A DNA stretch of 64,000 nucleotides, from positions 1 to 64,000 of IMG/VR virus record IMGVR_UViG_3300021962_000068; one strand, given 5' to 3'. This document shows positions 7,400-17,022 of the stretch, piece by piece. The translations under genes were made by a program, and so were the position numbers. Each line of letters starts with the position of its first letter. Positions within the stretch are counted from its first letter, which is position 1. Source of the stretch: a virus. The notes beneath the pieces are model-generated. The model had not been told where the DNA came from. It searched no databases and saw only the letters and a program-made list of their open reading frames with translations.

Positions 7400-7665
7400 T
7401 ATGATTGTATGAAGCGAACAGAAAAGTATTTTGGACGCGGGTTCGACTCCCGCCTGGTCCACCATAAACAAATATGCAAAATGTTTCTTTATGATGGGCC
7501 AGTCATGGTTTCGACAAAGTAAATAGTAAGCAAGTAGACAATCCGGCGGGCGATGCCGTACTAACGCAAAAAACCATAAATGCCAATGATGAGGTATTTG
7601 CTTTAGCTGCTTAAAGCTAAGCTGAGGATTTTATCCATGTTCCTTATTACCCAAACATGGATACA
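7400..7665 (+). ncRNA. ssrA: circularly permuted (two-piece) tmRNA
   Basis: 3' acceptor piece GCGGG-TTCGACT-CCCGC-CTGGTCC-ACCA (to 7464) precedes 5' piece GGGCCAGTCATGGTTTCGAC (from 7496); G3-U70 pair; tag frame ANDEVFALAA-stop at 7582-7614. Confidence 0.93.
7582..7614 (+). other. tmRNA tag reading frame (A)ANDEVFALAA*
   Basis: ATAAAT then GCC AAT GAT GAG GTA TTT GCT TTA GCT GCT TAA. Confidence 0.92.
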
Positions 7666-7668
7666 TAT

Positions 7669-7709
7669 AAAAATTTACTCTTGCTGAGTTAATTTCTTTA
7701 TGAGATAAT
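7669..7709 (+). promoter_or_regulatory. sigma70-type promoter (TTGCTG-N17-GATAAT, with TG extension)
   Basis: AAAAATTT tract, -35 7681-7686, -10 7704-7709. Confidence 0.65.
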
Positions 7710-7718
7710 ATTATTTCT

Positions 7719-7982
7719 ATGACACGAACAATCAAAAAATTTAAGCATTGGGAGCAAACACTAATTTATAGTACGCTCGAAAAAGCAATGCAAGTCAAGT
7801 TAGGTATACACGATATGTGTTTTACTAACAAATCAAATCCTAAAGATTTACCTCCTAGTATAGTACCAACTGAAGTATTATATGATATTTGTTCATGTTA
7901 TGAGGCTCTATTTGAAAAATTGCTAAAAAACGATCTGCTTGAAGCAGGATACCCTAAATCAAACCCAACTAATAAACACTAA
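7719..7982 (+). CDS. hypothetical protein
   Basis: ORF directly after promoter. Confidence 0.65.
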   Translation: MTRTIKKFKHWEQTLIYSTLEKAMQVKLGIHDMCFTNKSNPKDLPPSIVPTEVLYDICSCYEALFEKLLKNDLLEAGYPKSNPTNKH

Positions 7983-7995
7983 GGATTAAATTTAA

Positions 7996-8358
7996 ATGGC
8001 CGCTTGGACTCCTGAACTAAAAGAACAAGTTAAACAAATGTATCTGGATGCTGACCCTACTCCGGAAACTTCAGTCGAAATTATTAAAAATATTGCTGAA
8101 GAACTAGAACAGTCACCCAATGGTGTACGTATGGTTCTAATTCAAGAGGGTGTATACGTTAAGAAAGAAGCTAGTAGCTCTAGCTCAAAAAGCTCTGCTA
8201 GTAAAGGCGAAGGCTCGAAACGAGTCAGCAAAGAAGCAGCTATCAGTGAATTGCGCGAACTAATCGAGCAGCGTGGCGCTCCCGTAGATAGCGAAATTCT
8301 TGATAAACTCACTGGCAAAGCAGCAGTATATCTTACCTCTGTTATCAAAGCAATTTAA
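7996..8358 (+). CDS. T5 D3-like DNA-binding protein
   Basis: WTPEL...SPNGVRMVL...GVYVKK...LDKLTGKAA matches recalled T5 D3 pattern. Confidence 0.75.
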   Translation: MAAWTPELKEQVKQMYLDADPTPETSVEIIKNIAEELEQSPNGVRMVLIQEGVYVKKEASSSSSKSSASKGEGSKRVSKEAAISELRELIEQRGAPVDSEILDKLTGKAAVYLTSVIKAI

Positions 8359-8364
8359 TCTCGT

Positions 8365-8390
8365 GGCAGCGAAAGCTGCCTTTATTTTTT
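8365..8390 (+). terminator. intrinsic terminator
   Basis: GGCAGC-GAAA-GCTGCC followed by T-rich tail. Confidence 0.75.
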
Positions 8391-8401
8391 GGTAGAATAG
8401 C

Positions 8402-9013
8402 ATGGCAACTAAACGTTCAAAACGAAGCGAAGAAGAAAAACTAACTCCTAGTAATATTGAATATGTTATCAGCCTGCTGGAGGCTGAGAAGCCTATTACT
8501 AAAAAAGATGCTTGTGCAATTTTAAACATTGCATACAATACCACGCGTTTAACCCAAATTATTACAAAATACAAAGAAGGTAAAGAACGTACAGCTAAAA
8601 AGCGTGCTGAAAAACGTGGTAAGCCCCTATCGCAAGACGAAGTAGTCTATATCATTCAAGAATATATTAGTGGTAGCACTATTGATAGTATTAGTAATAC
8701 TATTTATCGTGGAACTACTCTAATCAAACAAACCCTTGATAAATATAGTGTACCAGTTAGAGCGAGAACAACAGACTATTTTAAACCAGAACTTATTCCA
8801 GAAGATGCAGTAAGAGATAAGTTTGATATCGGTGAAATTGTCTATAGTGCCCGATACGATTCAACAGCTAAAATTGAAAGTGAACGTAAACAGGGCGATA
8901 CGTGGGTTTATGGTATTTGGCTGCTAGCCGAAAAATGGCAACAACGAGCATACCAGCCCGCAGAAGAATTAGCAAGCCTAGAACACTTACGGGAATTAGG
9001 TGTTCGAGTATGA
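8402..9013 (+). CDS. T5 D2-like protein
   Basis: TKKDAC, KKRAEKRGKP, ELASLEHLRELGV pattern and position in T5 replication block. Confidence 0.65.
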   Translation: MATKRSKRSEEEKLTPSNIEYVISLLEAEKPITKKDACAILNIAYNTTRLTQIITKYKEGKERTAKKRAEKRGKPLSQDEVVYIIQEYISGSTIDSISNTIYRGTTLIKQTLDKYSVPVRARTTDYFKPELIPEDAVRDKFDIGEIVYSARYDSTAKIESERKQGDTWVYGIWLLAEKWQQRAYQPAEELASLEHLRELGVRV

Positions 9014-9195
9014 CAAAGATTAGTACTCCTTGTATTAATGTTTGCAAGATAGACCCTAAACTGCAACGGTGCAGTGGATGCTGGCGAACTACTAAACATA
9101 TCGAACAATGGTTAAGTTATACTGAAGCCGAAAGATTCGAGATTATGGAAGAAATAAAGATAGCTCAAACAGCATATGGGCGCAACGTCTTATAA
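9010..9195 (+). CDS. DUF1289-family Cys-rich protein
   Basis: STPCINVCKID...CSGCWRT...IEQW motif; ATGA overlap. Confidence 0.85.
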   Translation: MTKISTPCINVCKIDPKLQRCSGCWRTTKHIEQWLSYTEAERFEIMEEIKIAQTAYGRNVL

Positions 9196-9505
9196 AGGAG
9201 ATTTTTTGGATTCAGATACCTTATACGAAAAAACTATATTTGAAAATCTTGAAAAAGGTTTTCAGTATCGTTTAACTGTTAACGAATTTAGAGACGTACA
9301 ATATATTCATATTAGAAAGTACTTTCTTAGCTATGAAGGAGAATTTGTTCCAACTAAAGAGGGAGCAGCAATTCCTGCTTCTATTCAAAATACATTTGCT
9401 TTACTAGATGGGCTAGTAGAGATTTGTAGTAAACAAGAGAGTCTGGATTCTATACTTGAGCATTTTGAGCATAAAATTGCTGACTTGCGTTCTAAGACTC
9501 AATAA
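9176..9505 (+). CDS. PC4/p15-family ssDNA-binding protein
   Basis: VNEFRDVQYIHIRKYF...FVPTKEG motif; T5 synteny before ligase. Confidence 0.85.
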   Translation: MGATSYKGDFLDSDTLYEKTIFENLEKGFQYRLTVNEFRDVQYIHIRKYFLSYEGEFVPTKEGAAIPASIQNTFALLDGLVEICSKQESLDSILEHFEHKIADLRSKTQ

Positions 9506-9513
9506 TATATAAT
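9472..9513 (+). promoter_or_regulatory. sigma70-type promoter (TTGCGT-N17-TATAAT)
   Basis: -35 9485-9490, -10 9508-9513. Confidence 0.7.
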
Positions 9514-9522
9514 ATTTATATT

Positions 9523-10482
9523 ATGGATAATTTAATTGATTTTCTAAACCGAGCCGCAAGGCATTACTATAATGGCACACCTATTATTAGCGATGACCAA
9601 TTTGATGAATTGGCCAGATTAGCTAATTATAGTAATATTGGCGCTCGCCAACACGATGATGTTGATGTTCACTATAAGCGTATGTATAGCCTTCAAAAGT
9701 ACTATGAAGGTGAAAACAATCGCCCACTAGAAGGATACGTCAATCTAAGCATGACCCCAAAGCTGGACGGCGCAGCCGTCTCGGCATTATATGTAGAGGG
9801 AAAACTTACTCGTGTATTAACTCGCGGAGATGGTTTAGAAGGTAGATTAGTTACTGATAAGTTTCTAGCAACTAAACTCCTTCCTCATGTTGTTAAGGCT
9901 TGGCAAGATATTCCTGCTGTACAAGTTACTGGCGAAATTGCTGCTCCTAAGCACGTAGAAAATAGCCGCAACTATGCTGCAGGTGCACTAAACTTGGGCA
10001 GTACGGAAGAGTTTAAGTCTCGTGCGATTACTTTCTTTGCTTATGGTGTATACCCATATCTTAGCAATACATTTAGCGAAGATATGCAGCTGTTAACTAA
10101 ATATGGATTTAACACTGTTCAAGATAGTGGTCTAACAGATATTTATCCTACTGATGGTGTAGTATTCCGTGTTGATAACAACAAAGAGTTTGAAAGCCTA
10201 GGCTTTACAAGCAAACATCCTCGTGGCGCATATGCTCGCAAAGAGCGTGGCGAAGCTGTAGAAACCATACTCCTAGATGTTGAATGGAATGTTGGTAAAA
10301 CTGGTAAAGTAACTCCAACAGCTATTCTTGAGCCAGTTATGATTGGCGATAAACAAGTTAGTCGTGCAACACTAAACAATCCTGGCTTTATCGAAGCACT
10401 TGACCTTAGAATCGGGGATCGCGTTGCAGTTATCATGGGCGGCGAGATTATTCCTGTTATTACTCACAAGGTTGAGGGATAA
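9523..10482 (+). CDS. ligA: NAD-dependent DNA ligase subunit A (adenylation and OB domains)
   Basis: YYNGTPIISDDQFD, KLDG, TRGDG, RNYAAG, DGVV, GKTGKVTP. Confidence 0.93.
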   Translation: MDNLIDFLNRAARHYYNGTPIISDDQFDELARLANYSNIGARQHDDVDVHYKRMYSLQKYYEGENNRPLEGYVNLSMTPKLDGAAVSALYVEGKLTRVLTRGDGLEGRLVTDKFLATKLLPHVVKAWQDIPAVQVTGEIAAPKHVENSRNYAAGALNLGSTEEFKSRAITFFAYGVYPYLSNTFSEDMQLLTKYGFNTVQDSGLTDIYPTDGVVFRVDNNKEFESLGFTSKHPRGAYARKERGEAVETILLDVEWNVGKTGKVTPTAILEPVMIGDKQVSRATLNNPGFIEALDLRIGDRVAVIMGGEIIPVITHKVEG

Positions 10483-10515
10483 AATTGTTAGATTAATTTT
10501 GCCCTTAGTAGCATG

Positions 10516-10556
10516 AAAAATTTAGACTTGCTGGCAAGTAACAAATCCTGTATAAT
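10516..10556 (+). promoter_or_regulatory. sigma70-type promoter (TTGCTG-N17-TATAAT)
   Basis: AAAAATTTAGACTTG; -10 10551-10556. Confidence 0.8.
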
Positions 10557-10580
10557 TTAATTATTCAGTTGAGAAACATA

Positions 10581-11363
10581 ATGAAGATCGAAATTCCAAA
10601 AACTTGTCCTTGTTGTGACTATACCCTAGTATTCGTAAACGACCAACTTTTCTGTAAGAATGCCTCTTGCAGCGCACAATTAAATAAAAAGTTGGAGCAT
10701 TTTACAAAAACATTAGGAATCAAAGGATTCGGCCCTAAAACTGTTTCAAAGCTGAATCTAGCTGATATTACAGAAATCTTTTACCTAGATAAAGATCAAG
10801 TAGTAGAAGCCCTCGGCAGTGAAAAACTAGCAGACAAACTATTCATAGAAATAGAGAAAGCCAAGGGTGCAGACTTGGCAACAGTTATTGCAAGTTTTTC
10901 TATTCCACTAATCGGGAATACCGCTGCCTCTAAAGTTTCAAAAGTAATTAATCATATTAGTGAACTAACTTTAGACAAATGTAAGGAGGCTGGTTTGGGA
11001 GATAAAGCTGCATCTAATCTCTTAAACTGGTTTGATACGGAATATCCTGAACTGAAAGAATTTCTGCCTTTTTCCTTCAGTTCAGAATCAACATTTACCA
11101 GTGTAGATTCTGATCAAACAATTTGTATCACTGGTAAACTATCTAGTTTTAAAACCAAGTCAGAAGCAGCAGAAGCACTTACTGCCCTAGGCTTTAAAGT
11201 AACGGAGTCAGTAACTAAAACATTAAAATTCTTAGTAGACGAACAAGACAAAGATAGTACTAAACGTAAAAAAGCAGAACAATATAACATAACAATTATC
11301 ACTAACCTTAAAAATTTTTTGGAAGAAATTAAAGATGACAGAAAAGCAAAAGAAATGGTCTGA
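10581..11363 (+). CDS. NAD-dependent DNA ligase subunit B (Zn finger, HhH, BRCT)
   Basis: PKTCPCC...FCKNASC, IKGFGPKT, ICITGKL BRCT; split ligase as in T5. Confidence 0.9.
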   Translation: MKIEIPKTCPCCDYTLVFVNDQLFCKNASCSAQLNKKLEHFTKTLGIKGFGPKTVSKLNLADITEIFYLDKDQVVEALGSEKLADKLFIEIEKAKGADLATVIASFSIPLIGNTAASKVSKVINHISELTLDKCKEAGLGDKAASNLLNWFDTEYPELKEFLPFSFSSESTFTSVDSDQTICITGKLSSFKTKSEAAEALTALGFKVTESVTKTLKFLVDEQDKDSTKRKKAEQYNITIITNLKNFLEEIKDDRKAKEMV

Positions 11364-12081
11364 TGAAGCAGTTGAAACCCTACTAAACGCTGTTGGTTCA
11401 GCTAATCCAGTAACTGTTGAGCGTGTTGAAAAAGCCGCTGTAGTCCTTGGAGTTAGCCCCCGTTCAGTAGCAGCTAAACTACGTCAACTAGACCGTGAAG
11501 TTGCATCTATGGCTAAAGAGAAAACCTCAGCCTTTACACCCGAAGAAGGTGAAAAGCTCGCCAAGTTCGTTAACAATAACGCTAATCAACTCACTTATAA
11601 AGAAATCGCAGAGCGTTTCCAGCAAGGAAAGTTCTCTGCAAAGCAGATTCAAGGCAAACTACTTGCCCTAGAACTAACTGGTCTAGTCAAGCCTGCTGAG
11701 AAAGTAGAAGCTGCTCGTAGTTATAGCGAAGCAGAAGAGCAGAAGTTTATTGCTCTAGTTGGTCAAGGCAAATTCATTGAAGATATTGCCGAAGCTCTTG
11801 GTAAGACAATTGCTTCAGTTCGTGGTAAAGCCCTATCGCTTACCCGTAGTGGCGAAATCGACAAGATTCCTGCTCAACGTGAATCTCATGCTAACAATCA
11901 GGTTGATCCTGTTGCAGCACTTGGTGACGGCATTGCACATATGACTGTTGCTGAGATCGCTAATGCAGTTGATAAAACTGAGCGTGGTATTAAGACACTT
12001 CTTACTCGTCGCGGTATTAAAGTTGCTGATTATGACGGCGCACAGAAGCGCGCTAAAGCAGAAGCTAAACTAGCTGCTTAA
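11335..12081 (+). CDS. T5 D5-like DNA-binding transcription regulator
   Basis: SPRSVAAKLR, KQIQGKLLALEL, RGIKTLLTRRG...DYDG; T5 synteny. Confidence 0.85.
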   Translation: MTEKQKKWSDEAVETLLNAVGSANPVTVERVEKAAVVLGVSPRSVAAKLRQLDREVASMAKEKTSAFTPEEGEKLAKFVNNNANQLTYKEIAERFQQGKFSAKQIQGKLLALELTGLVKPAEKVEAARSYSEAEEQKFIALVGQGKFIEDIAEALGKTIASVRGKALSLTRSGEIDKIPAQRESHANNQVDPVAALGDGIAHMTVAEIANAVDKTERGIKTLLTRRGIKVADYDGAQKRAKAEAKLAA

Positions 12082-12100
12082 TTAAGTATAGTTTTAAACC

Positions 12101-12134
12101 AAGGGATAGAGGTGAAAATCTCTATCCCTTTTTT
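12101..12134 (+). terminator. intrinsic terminator
   Basis: AAGGGATAGAG/CTCTATCCCTT stem followed by T tract. Confidence 0.85.
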
Positions 12135-12146
12135 CACTGAGGAACC

Positions 12147-12446
12147 ATGAAAGTAACTATAAAATACTTTGATAATGAGTCCCTTACCGTAGAAGAAGTC
12201 GTAAGACAAGCCGAGCACAATTATGGCAAAAATGTAAAAGTAGAGGTAATGCCAGAATCTACGATTGCATATGATTTAATTTATTTTGGTTTGCAGCAAT
12301 TATTAACTCATGAGCAGTTAAGCCTATTGTATAGTAAAAACGATTCTTATCAACACGAAGTACAAAAACTACGCTCTGACGTAATCTACAAAATAGAAGA
12401 AATTATAGATCAGGTTATTATTGATAATGAGGCTAGGGTGACTTAA
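12147..12446 (+). CDS. hypothetical protein
   Basis: GAGGA RBS. Confidence 0.75.
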   Translation: MKVTIKYFDNESLTVEEVVRQAEHNYGKNVKVEVMPESTIAYDLIYFGLQQLLTHEQLSLLYSKNDSYQHEVQKLRSDVIYKIEEIIDQVIIDNEARVT

Positions 12447-12448
12447 GT

Positions 12449-13837
12449 ATGGATTGCGGTGCTATTGTTCTAAATAAGCTATTAACAGAAAGGAGTCTAG
12501 AAATATGGTCTAAACTAAAACTAGTATTTTTAGATCCAGCATTCTCTAGTTTATATAGCGCAATTGCTAAATATTATGATACTTATAGCACTATTCCAAG
12601 TTTTGATGAGCTAGAATTAACTCTGCGTGAGGGACCGGCCCTTAGAACTCTAGCGACAATAAAACTTGCGGAAAATCCTGATATTAGTGCAGAAGTTGCG
12701 CTAGATGCATTAGTAGACTCATATACGCAGAACGAGACAATTAAATTACTGGATAAGTTTATTGATAAACTACCAGTATACGATACAGAAGAAATAAAAG
12801 AAAATTTATCTGCTATGGTACTCACTCTTGATGAAAAAACTCTGACTACAGAGGGAGTGTATAACATGGCGGATATTATGTTATTTAGAAACGCAGAAGA
12901 ACTTGCCAGAGAGCGTGTACATCTTGGTATTAATAATACTTTTGATAGTATGCTTGCTGGTGTTGCCCGTCAAGAATTAATCTTGATAGGTGGTAAACGT
13001 GGCAGCGGTAAATCCATTACTTGTAGTAATATTCAAGTTAACCAGTATGAGGCTGGCAATACTTGTGTTTATTTTACTATTGAGATGGTCGCCCACGAAA
13101 CCCTAGAAAGAAATCTAGCTATACTAGCCGGAGTTAATCATGGCAATATCAAGAAAAATACTTTAACAGATGACGAAGTATTAAGTCTAGTCAAAGCTAG
13201 AGCAGATATGTTCTTAGAAGCCGACGATTTAGTAAAAGAGTTTAAAACAACTAGAAATAAGTTTCAATTTGAATCAAGATTGGTTAGAGAAAAACAACTA
13301 AAGCCAGATAATCAAATGTTAATTATTGATGATCGAGCACTAACTCTAACTAATCTTGATCTACACTTAGGAAAGGTCAAAGCTAAGTTTGGCGATAAAT
13401 TTACCGTAGCAGTTGTAGACTATCTTAACCAAATCGTAGTTGAGGGTGCTAGTCAATTTGATTGGCAGCCACAGATTGTAATTTCCAAGAAACTAAAAGA
13501 ATTAGCCCGAAAGCACGATATTGTAATGGTAAGTCCATATCAGATTGATGCCACAGGCGAAGCCAGGTTTGCAAAAGGTATTCTAGATGCTGCTGACATT
13601 GCTCTTGTAATGGAAGCACATGATAAAGAAAAGGGCGCAATGAGCTTTACAACAACTAAGATTCGTGGTGCTGGCGATATAGCTTGTACTAGTCCCATAA
13701 ACTGGGATACTCTTAGAATTAGTCCTGTTTCAATAGATTTACCACAAGAAGAACCAAAAGAGAAGAAATCTAGAAAAATTAAGAAAACTTCAGAAATTAA
13801 AGACGACAGTAATTCTGATATTCCTTGGGATGTATAA
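12449..13837 (+). CDS. DnaB-like replicative helicase (T5 D6-like)
   Basis: Walker A GKRGSGKS, YFTIEM, Walker B VVDYLNQ, SPYQ. Confidence 0.9.
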   Translation: MDCGAIVLNKLLTERSLEIWSKLKLVFLDPAFSSLYSAIAKYYDTYSTIPSFDELELTLREGPALRTLATIKLAENPDISAEVALDALVDSYTQNETIKLLDKFIDKLPVYDTEEIKENLSAMVLTLDEKTLTTEGVYNMADIMLFRNAEELARERVHLGINNTFDSMLAGVARQELILIGGKRGSGKSITCSNIQVNQYEAGNTCVYFTIEMVAHETLERNLAILAGVNHGNIKKNTLTDDEVLSLVKARADMFLEADDLVKEFKTTRNKFQFESRLVREKQLKPDNQMLIIDDRALTLTNLDLHLGKVKAKFGDKFTVAVVDYLNQIVVEGASQFDWQPQIVISKKLKELARKHDIVMVSPYQIDATGEARFAKGILDAADIALVMEAHDKEKGAMSFTTTKIRGAGDIACTSPINWDTLRISPVSIDLPQEEPKEKKSRKIKKTSEIKDDSNSDIPWDV

Positions 13838-13839
13838 TT

Positions 13840-14709
13840 ATGGATCCAGTATTAGATTTATTAAACAAATATCAGATACCTTTTAAAGTATCTGGTAAAG
13901 ACTATGTAACCAAATGTTTTAACCCTGAGCATGAAGATAGAAATCCTAGTTTTAGAATTGATAAGCTTACTGGCGTGGCTCATTGTTTTAGCTGTGGTTA
14001 TAAAGTTAATATTTTCCGTCATTTCGGTGTTTTAACTAATAGTAATAGTATTAAAGTTGCCAAGCTTAAACAAAAGCTAAAAGACTTAAATGTTAGCTTA
14101 AATGGTGTAGAGTTTCCTCATGATATGATACCCTATAACAAGTCTTTTAGAGGCGTTAGTGCTCAAACAATGAGAAAATTTGGTGCTTTTTATACCAACT
14201 ACTCAGATTTAGTTGATAGAGTCTTTTTTCCAATAACCGATATACGTGGCAGAAACTTAGTATTTGTTGGTCGACATACAATGAGTAGCGGTAATCCTAG
14301 GTATTTAAATGTGCCAAGTGGTGCGACTATGCCAGTATTTCCGGAAAAATTAAGTGTTAAAACTAGATCGATTGTTCTAGTAGAAGGAATATTTGACTTG
14401 TTAAATGTTTACGACAAGGGATTAAAAAATGTTGTTTGTACATTTGGCACATCAAATTTATTAAAAGACACAGCAATTAAATTATTGCCATTTAAAACTC
14501 AAGGCGTTGAAAAAATATATCTTATGTTTGATGGTGATGATGCTGGTAGATCCGCTATGGATAAGATACAGCCGCTTATTGAAGAAGCTAATTTCGAAGT
14601 AGATAGAATTAATTTAGAAGACGGAACCGATCCAGGAGACTTAGATACAGAATCTGTAGTAAGTATAATGGAATGGATTACAACACAATCATTAACTAAT
14701 GAAGCATAA
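13840..14709 (+). CDS. DNA primase (Zn finger plus TOPRIM)
   Basis: CFNPEHEDRNPS...HCFSC, LVEGIFD, FDGDDAG, DPGD. Confidence 0.92.
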   Translation: MDPVLDLLNKYQIPFKVSGKDYVTKCFNPEHEDRNPSFRIDKLTGVAHCFSCGYKVNIFRHFGVLTNSNSIKVAKLKQKLKDLNVSLNGVEFPHDMIPYNKSFRGVSAQTMRKFGAFYTNYSDLVDRVFFPITDIRGRNLVFVGRHTMSSGNPRYLNVPSGATMPVFPEKLSVKTRSIVLVEGIFDLLNVYDKGLKNVVCTFGTSNLLKDTAIKLLPFKTQGVEKIYLMFDGDDAGRSAMDKIQPLIEEANFEVDRINLEDGTDPGDLDTESVVSIMEWITTQSLTNEA

Positions 14710-14730
14710 AAAGCTGTTAGTAAGGTAAAC

Positions 14731-17022
14731 ATGAAAATTGCATTAATTGATAAAGCTCCGAGTAGAACTAACTATAAAGACTTTTTTGACTTTGATTATG
14801 AACACTTTCACATGAGTTCAAAACCAATTCAAAAACTACTCAAAAAAGATGTAGATTTAGACATTGATTTAGATTACTATGATCTAGTAATCTTAGTAGG
14901 TGCAGAAGCTGCCAAAGAATATGCTAAAATTACAAGTGTAACTAACTATGCTGGAACACTTGTAAAAGATAAGTTTGTGCCCATCACTAATCCAGCAATG
15001 CTAGTCTTTAAACCAGAAGGTAGGCCGGACTTTGATAGGTCAGTAGCAAAGATCAAAAGTATTATTAATGGAACAAGCACAAACGCAGCTAATACTGGCG
15101 ATTTTAAAGGAATTATGAATGCTGATGAAGCATATGATTTCTTAAAAGAAGTACTAGATAGTGGTTGTGATTTTGTTGCAATGGACACAGAAACTACTGC
15201 TCTTTATCCTAGAGATGGTTACGTTTTAGGACTAAGTATTAGTTATAAGCCTAAACATGGTCGTTATATTTTAACTGATATTTTAGACAATACCCATGAA
15301 GATCTCTTAAAAGAGATTATTGCTAAATATCCCATAGTATTTCATAATATGAAGTTTGATTACAAAATGATCAAATATCATTTAGGTATTGACTTCGATA
15401 GAAGTAAGGTGCACGACACCATGGTAATGCACTATGTTTTAGATGAAAATGATAGTCATGGTCTAAAACAACTAGCACTAAAATATACAGATTATGGTGA
15501 CTACGACGCAGAGCTAGATCAGTTTAAAAAGCAATACTGTCATCAAAACGGTATTCTAGAAGAAAACTTTACATATGACTTAATTCCTTTTGATATTATT
15601 AGTAAGTATGCTGCAATTGACACTGCAGTAACCTTGGAACTTTATAAAAAGTTTTCTCAGATTATTAATAATAACCCTAAACTGCAGTGGGTTTATCAAA
15701 ATTTACTAGTTCGTGGTACACTTAGTTTAATGGATATGGAAGAAGTAGGCATTCCAATTGACCGCGAACGCATGACCGCAGTAGGAGAGTATTTAGATCG
15801 TGAAATCGAACAAGCAAAACAAAACGTGTTTAGTTTCGAAGAAGTTAAGAAATTTGAGCTGGATACTGGTAAAATCTTTAACCCTAATAGTGTTCAGCAG
15901 TTACGTAGTGTACTATTTGATTATGTTAAGCTCACCCCAACTGGAAAACTTACTAAAACAGGAGCCCTTAGTACAGACGCTGAGGTTCTAGAAGAACTAA
16001 GTGAAGAACATCCTCTTCCAGCAGCTATTCTAAAAGTTAGACAGTTAGGTAAAATTCAAAGTAGTTATGTAAGTAAAATCCTCCCAGAAATTGACAAAGA
16101 TGAACGAATTAGGACAAATTTTAATCTTATCTTTACTAGTTCAGGACGCCTATCTAGTAGCGGTAAATTTAATGCTCAACAAATCCCTCGTGATGACCCT
16201 ATTATTAAGGGATGTATTAGTGCTCCGGCAGGGTACAAGATCGTATCTCAGGACTTGGTAACTGGTGAAATGTACTATGCCGCTGTACTAAGTGGCGATA
16301 AAAATCTACAAAAAGTATTCGTAGATGGCGGAGACTTTCACAGTACAATTGCTAAAATGGTATTTGATTTACCTTGCGAAGTAGAAGAAGTAAAAAAGTT
16401 TTATGGTTCTATGCGACAAAGTGCTAAAGCCATCAGCTTTGGTATTTTGTATGGTTCAGGACCTGCTAAAGTAGCTGAAACTGTTACTAAGTCTACAGGT
16501 GAACATTACCCACTAAGTCGTGCCAAAAGCGATATTGATGCTTACTTTACAAAGTTTAATAAACTAAAAAAGTGGTTAAATACTCGTAAAGAGTTTATTG
16601 AGGCTAATGGTTATACTTATAGCTTCTTTGGACGTAAGCGTAGGTTAACTAATGTATTTTCCGCTGATAAAGGTATTGCTGCACACGAGGTGCGAAGTGG
16701 TATTAATGCTGAAATTCAGAGTCTATGTAGTGACATTAATCTTTTAGGTGCAATGGATGCTCAAGACGAGATCCTAAACCGTGGCATCCAAGCCAATATT
16801 TTCATGCTGGTACATGATTCTATTGTTGCGCTAGTAAAAGATAGTGATGTAGACGAGTACTGTGAGTTACTAAAAGCCTGTACACAAAAAGATCGTGGCT
16901 GTGGTATTCTTGGACACCCAATTGGTGTAGACCAAGAAGTCGGACAAGACTATAGCTTTGGAAAGTTTGAAAAAGTTTACGGTTTACAAAACGGCATTTT
17001 AGTAAAAAATGCGGCTGAGTGA
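14731..17022 (+). CDS. family A DNA polymerase with 3'-5' exonuclease (T5-like)
   Basis: DTETT, HNMKFD, YAAID exonuclease motifs; SSGRLSS, AKAISFGILYG, VHDS polymerase motifs. Confidence 0.95.
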   Translation: MKIALIDKAPSRTNYKDFFDFDYEHFHMSSKPIQKLLKKDVDLDIDLDYYDLVILVGAEAAKEYAKITSVTNYAGTLVKDKFVPITNPAMLVFKPEGRPDFDRSVAKIKSIINGTSTNAANTGDFKGIMNADEAYDFLKEVLDSGCDFVAMDTETTALYPRDGYVLGLSISYKPKHGRYILTDILDNTHEDLLKEIIAKYPIVFHNMKFDYKMIKYHLGIDFDRSKVHDTMVMHYVLDENDSHGLKQLALKYTDYGDYDAELDQFKKQYCHQNGILEENFTYDLIPFDIISKYAAIDTAVTLELYKKFSQIINNNPKLQWVYQNLLVRGTLSLMDMEEVGIPIDRERMTAVGEYLDREIEQAKQNVFSFEEVKKFELDTGKIFNPNSVQQLRSVLFDYVKLTPTGKLTKTGALSTDAEVLEELSEEHPLPAAILKVRQLGKIQSSYVSKILPEIDKDERIRTNFNLIFTSSGRLSSSGKFNAQQIPRDDPIIKGCISAPAGYKIVSQDLVTGEMYYAAVLSGDKNLQKVFVDGGDFHSTIAKMVFDLPCEVEEVKKFYGSMRQSAKAISFGILYGSGPAKVAETVTKSTGEHYPLSRAKSDIDAYFTKFNKLKKWLNTRKEFIEANGYTYSFFGRKRRLTNVFSADKGIAAHEVRSGINAEIQSLCSDINLLGAMDAQDEILNRGIQANIFMLVHDSIVALVKDSDVDEYCELLKACTQKDRGCGILGHPIGVDQEVGQDYSFGKFEKVYGLQNGILVKNAAE

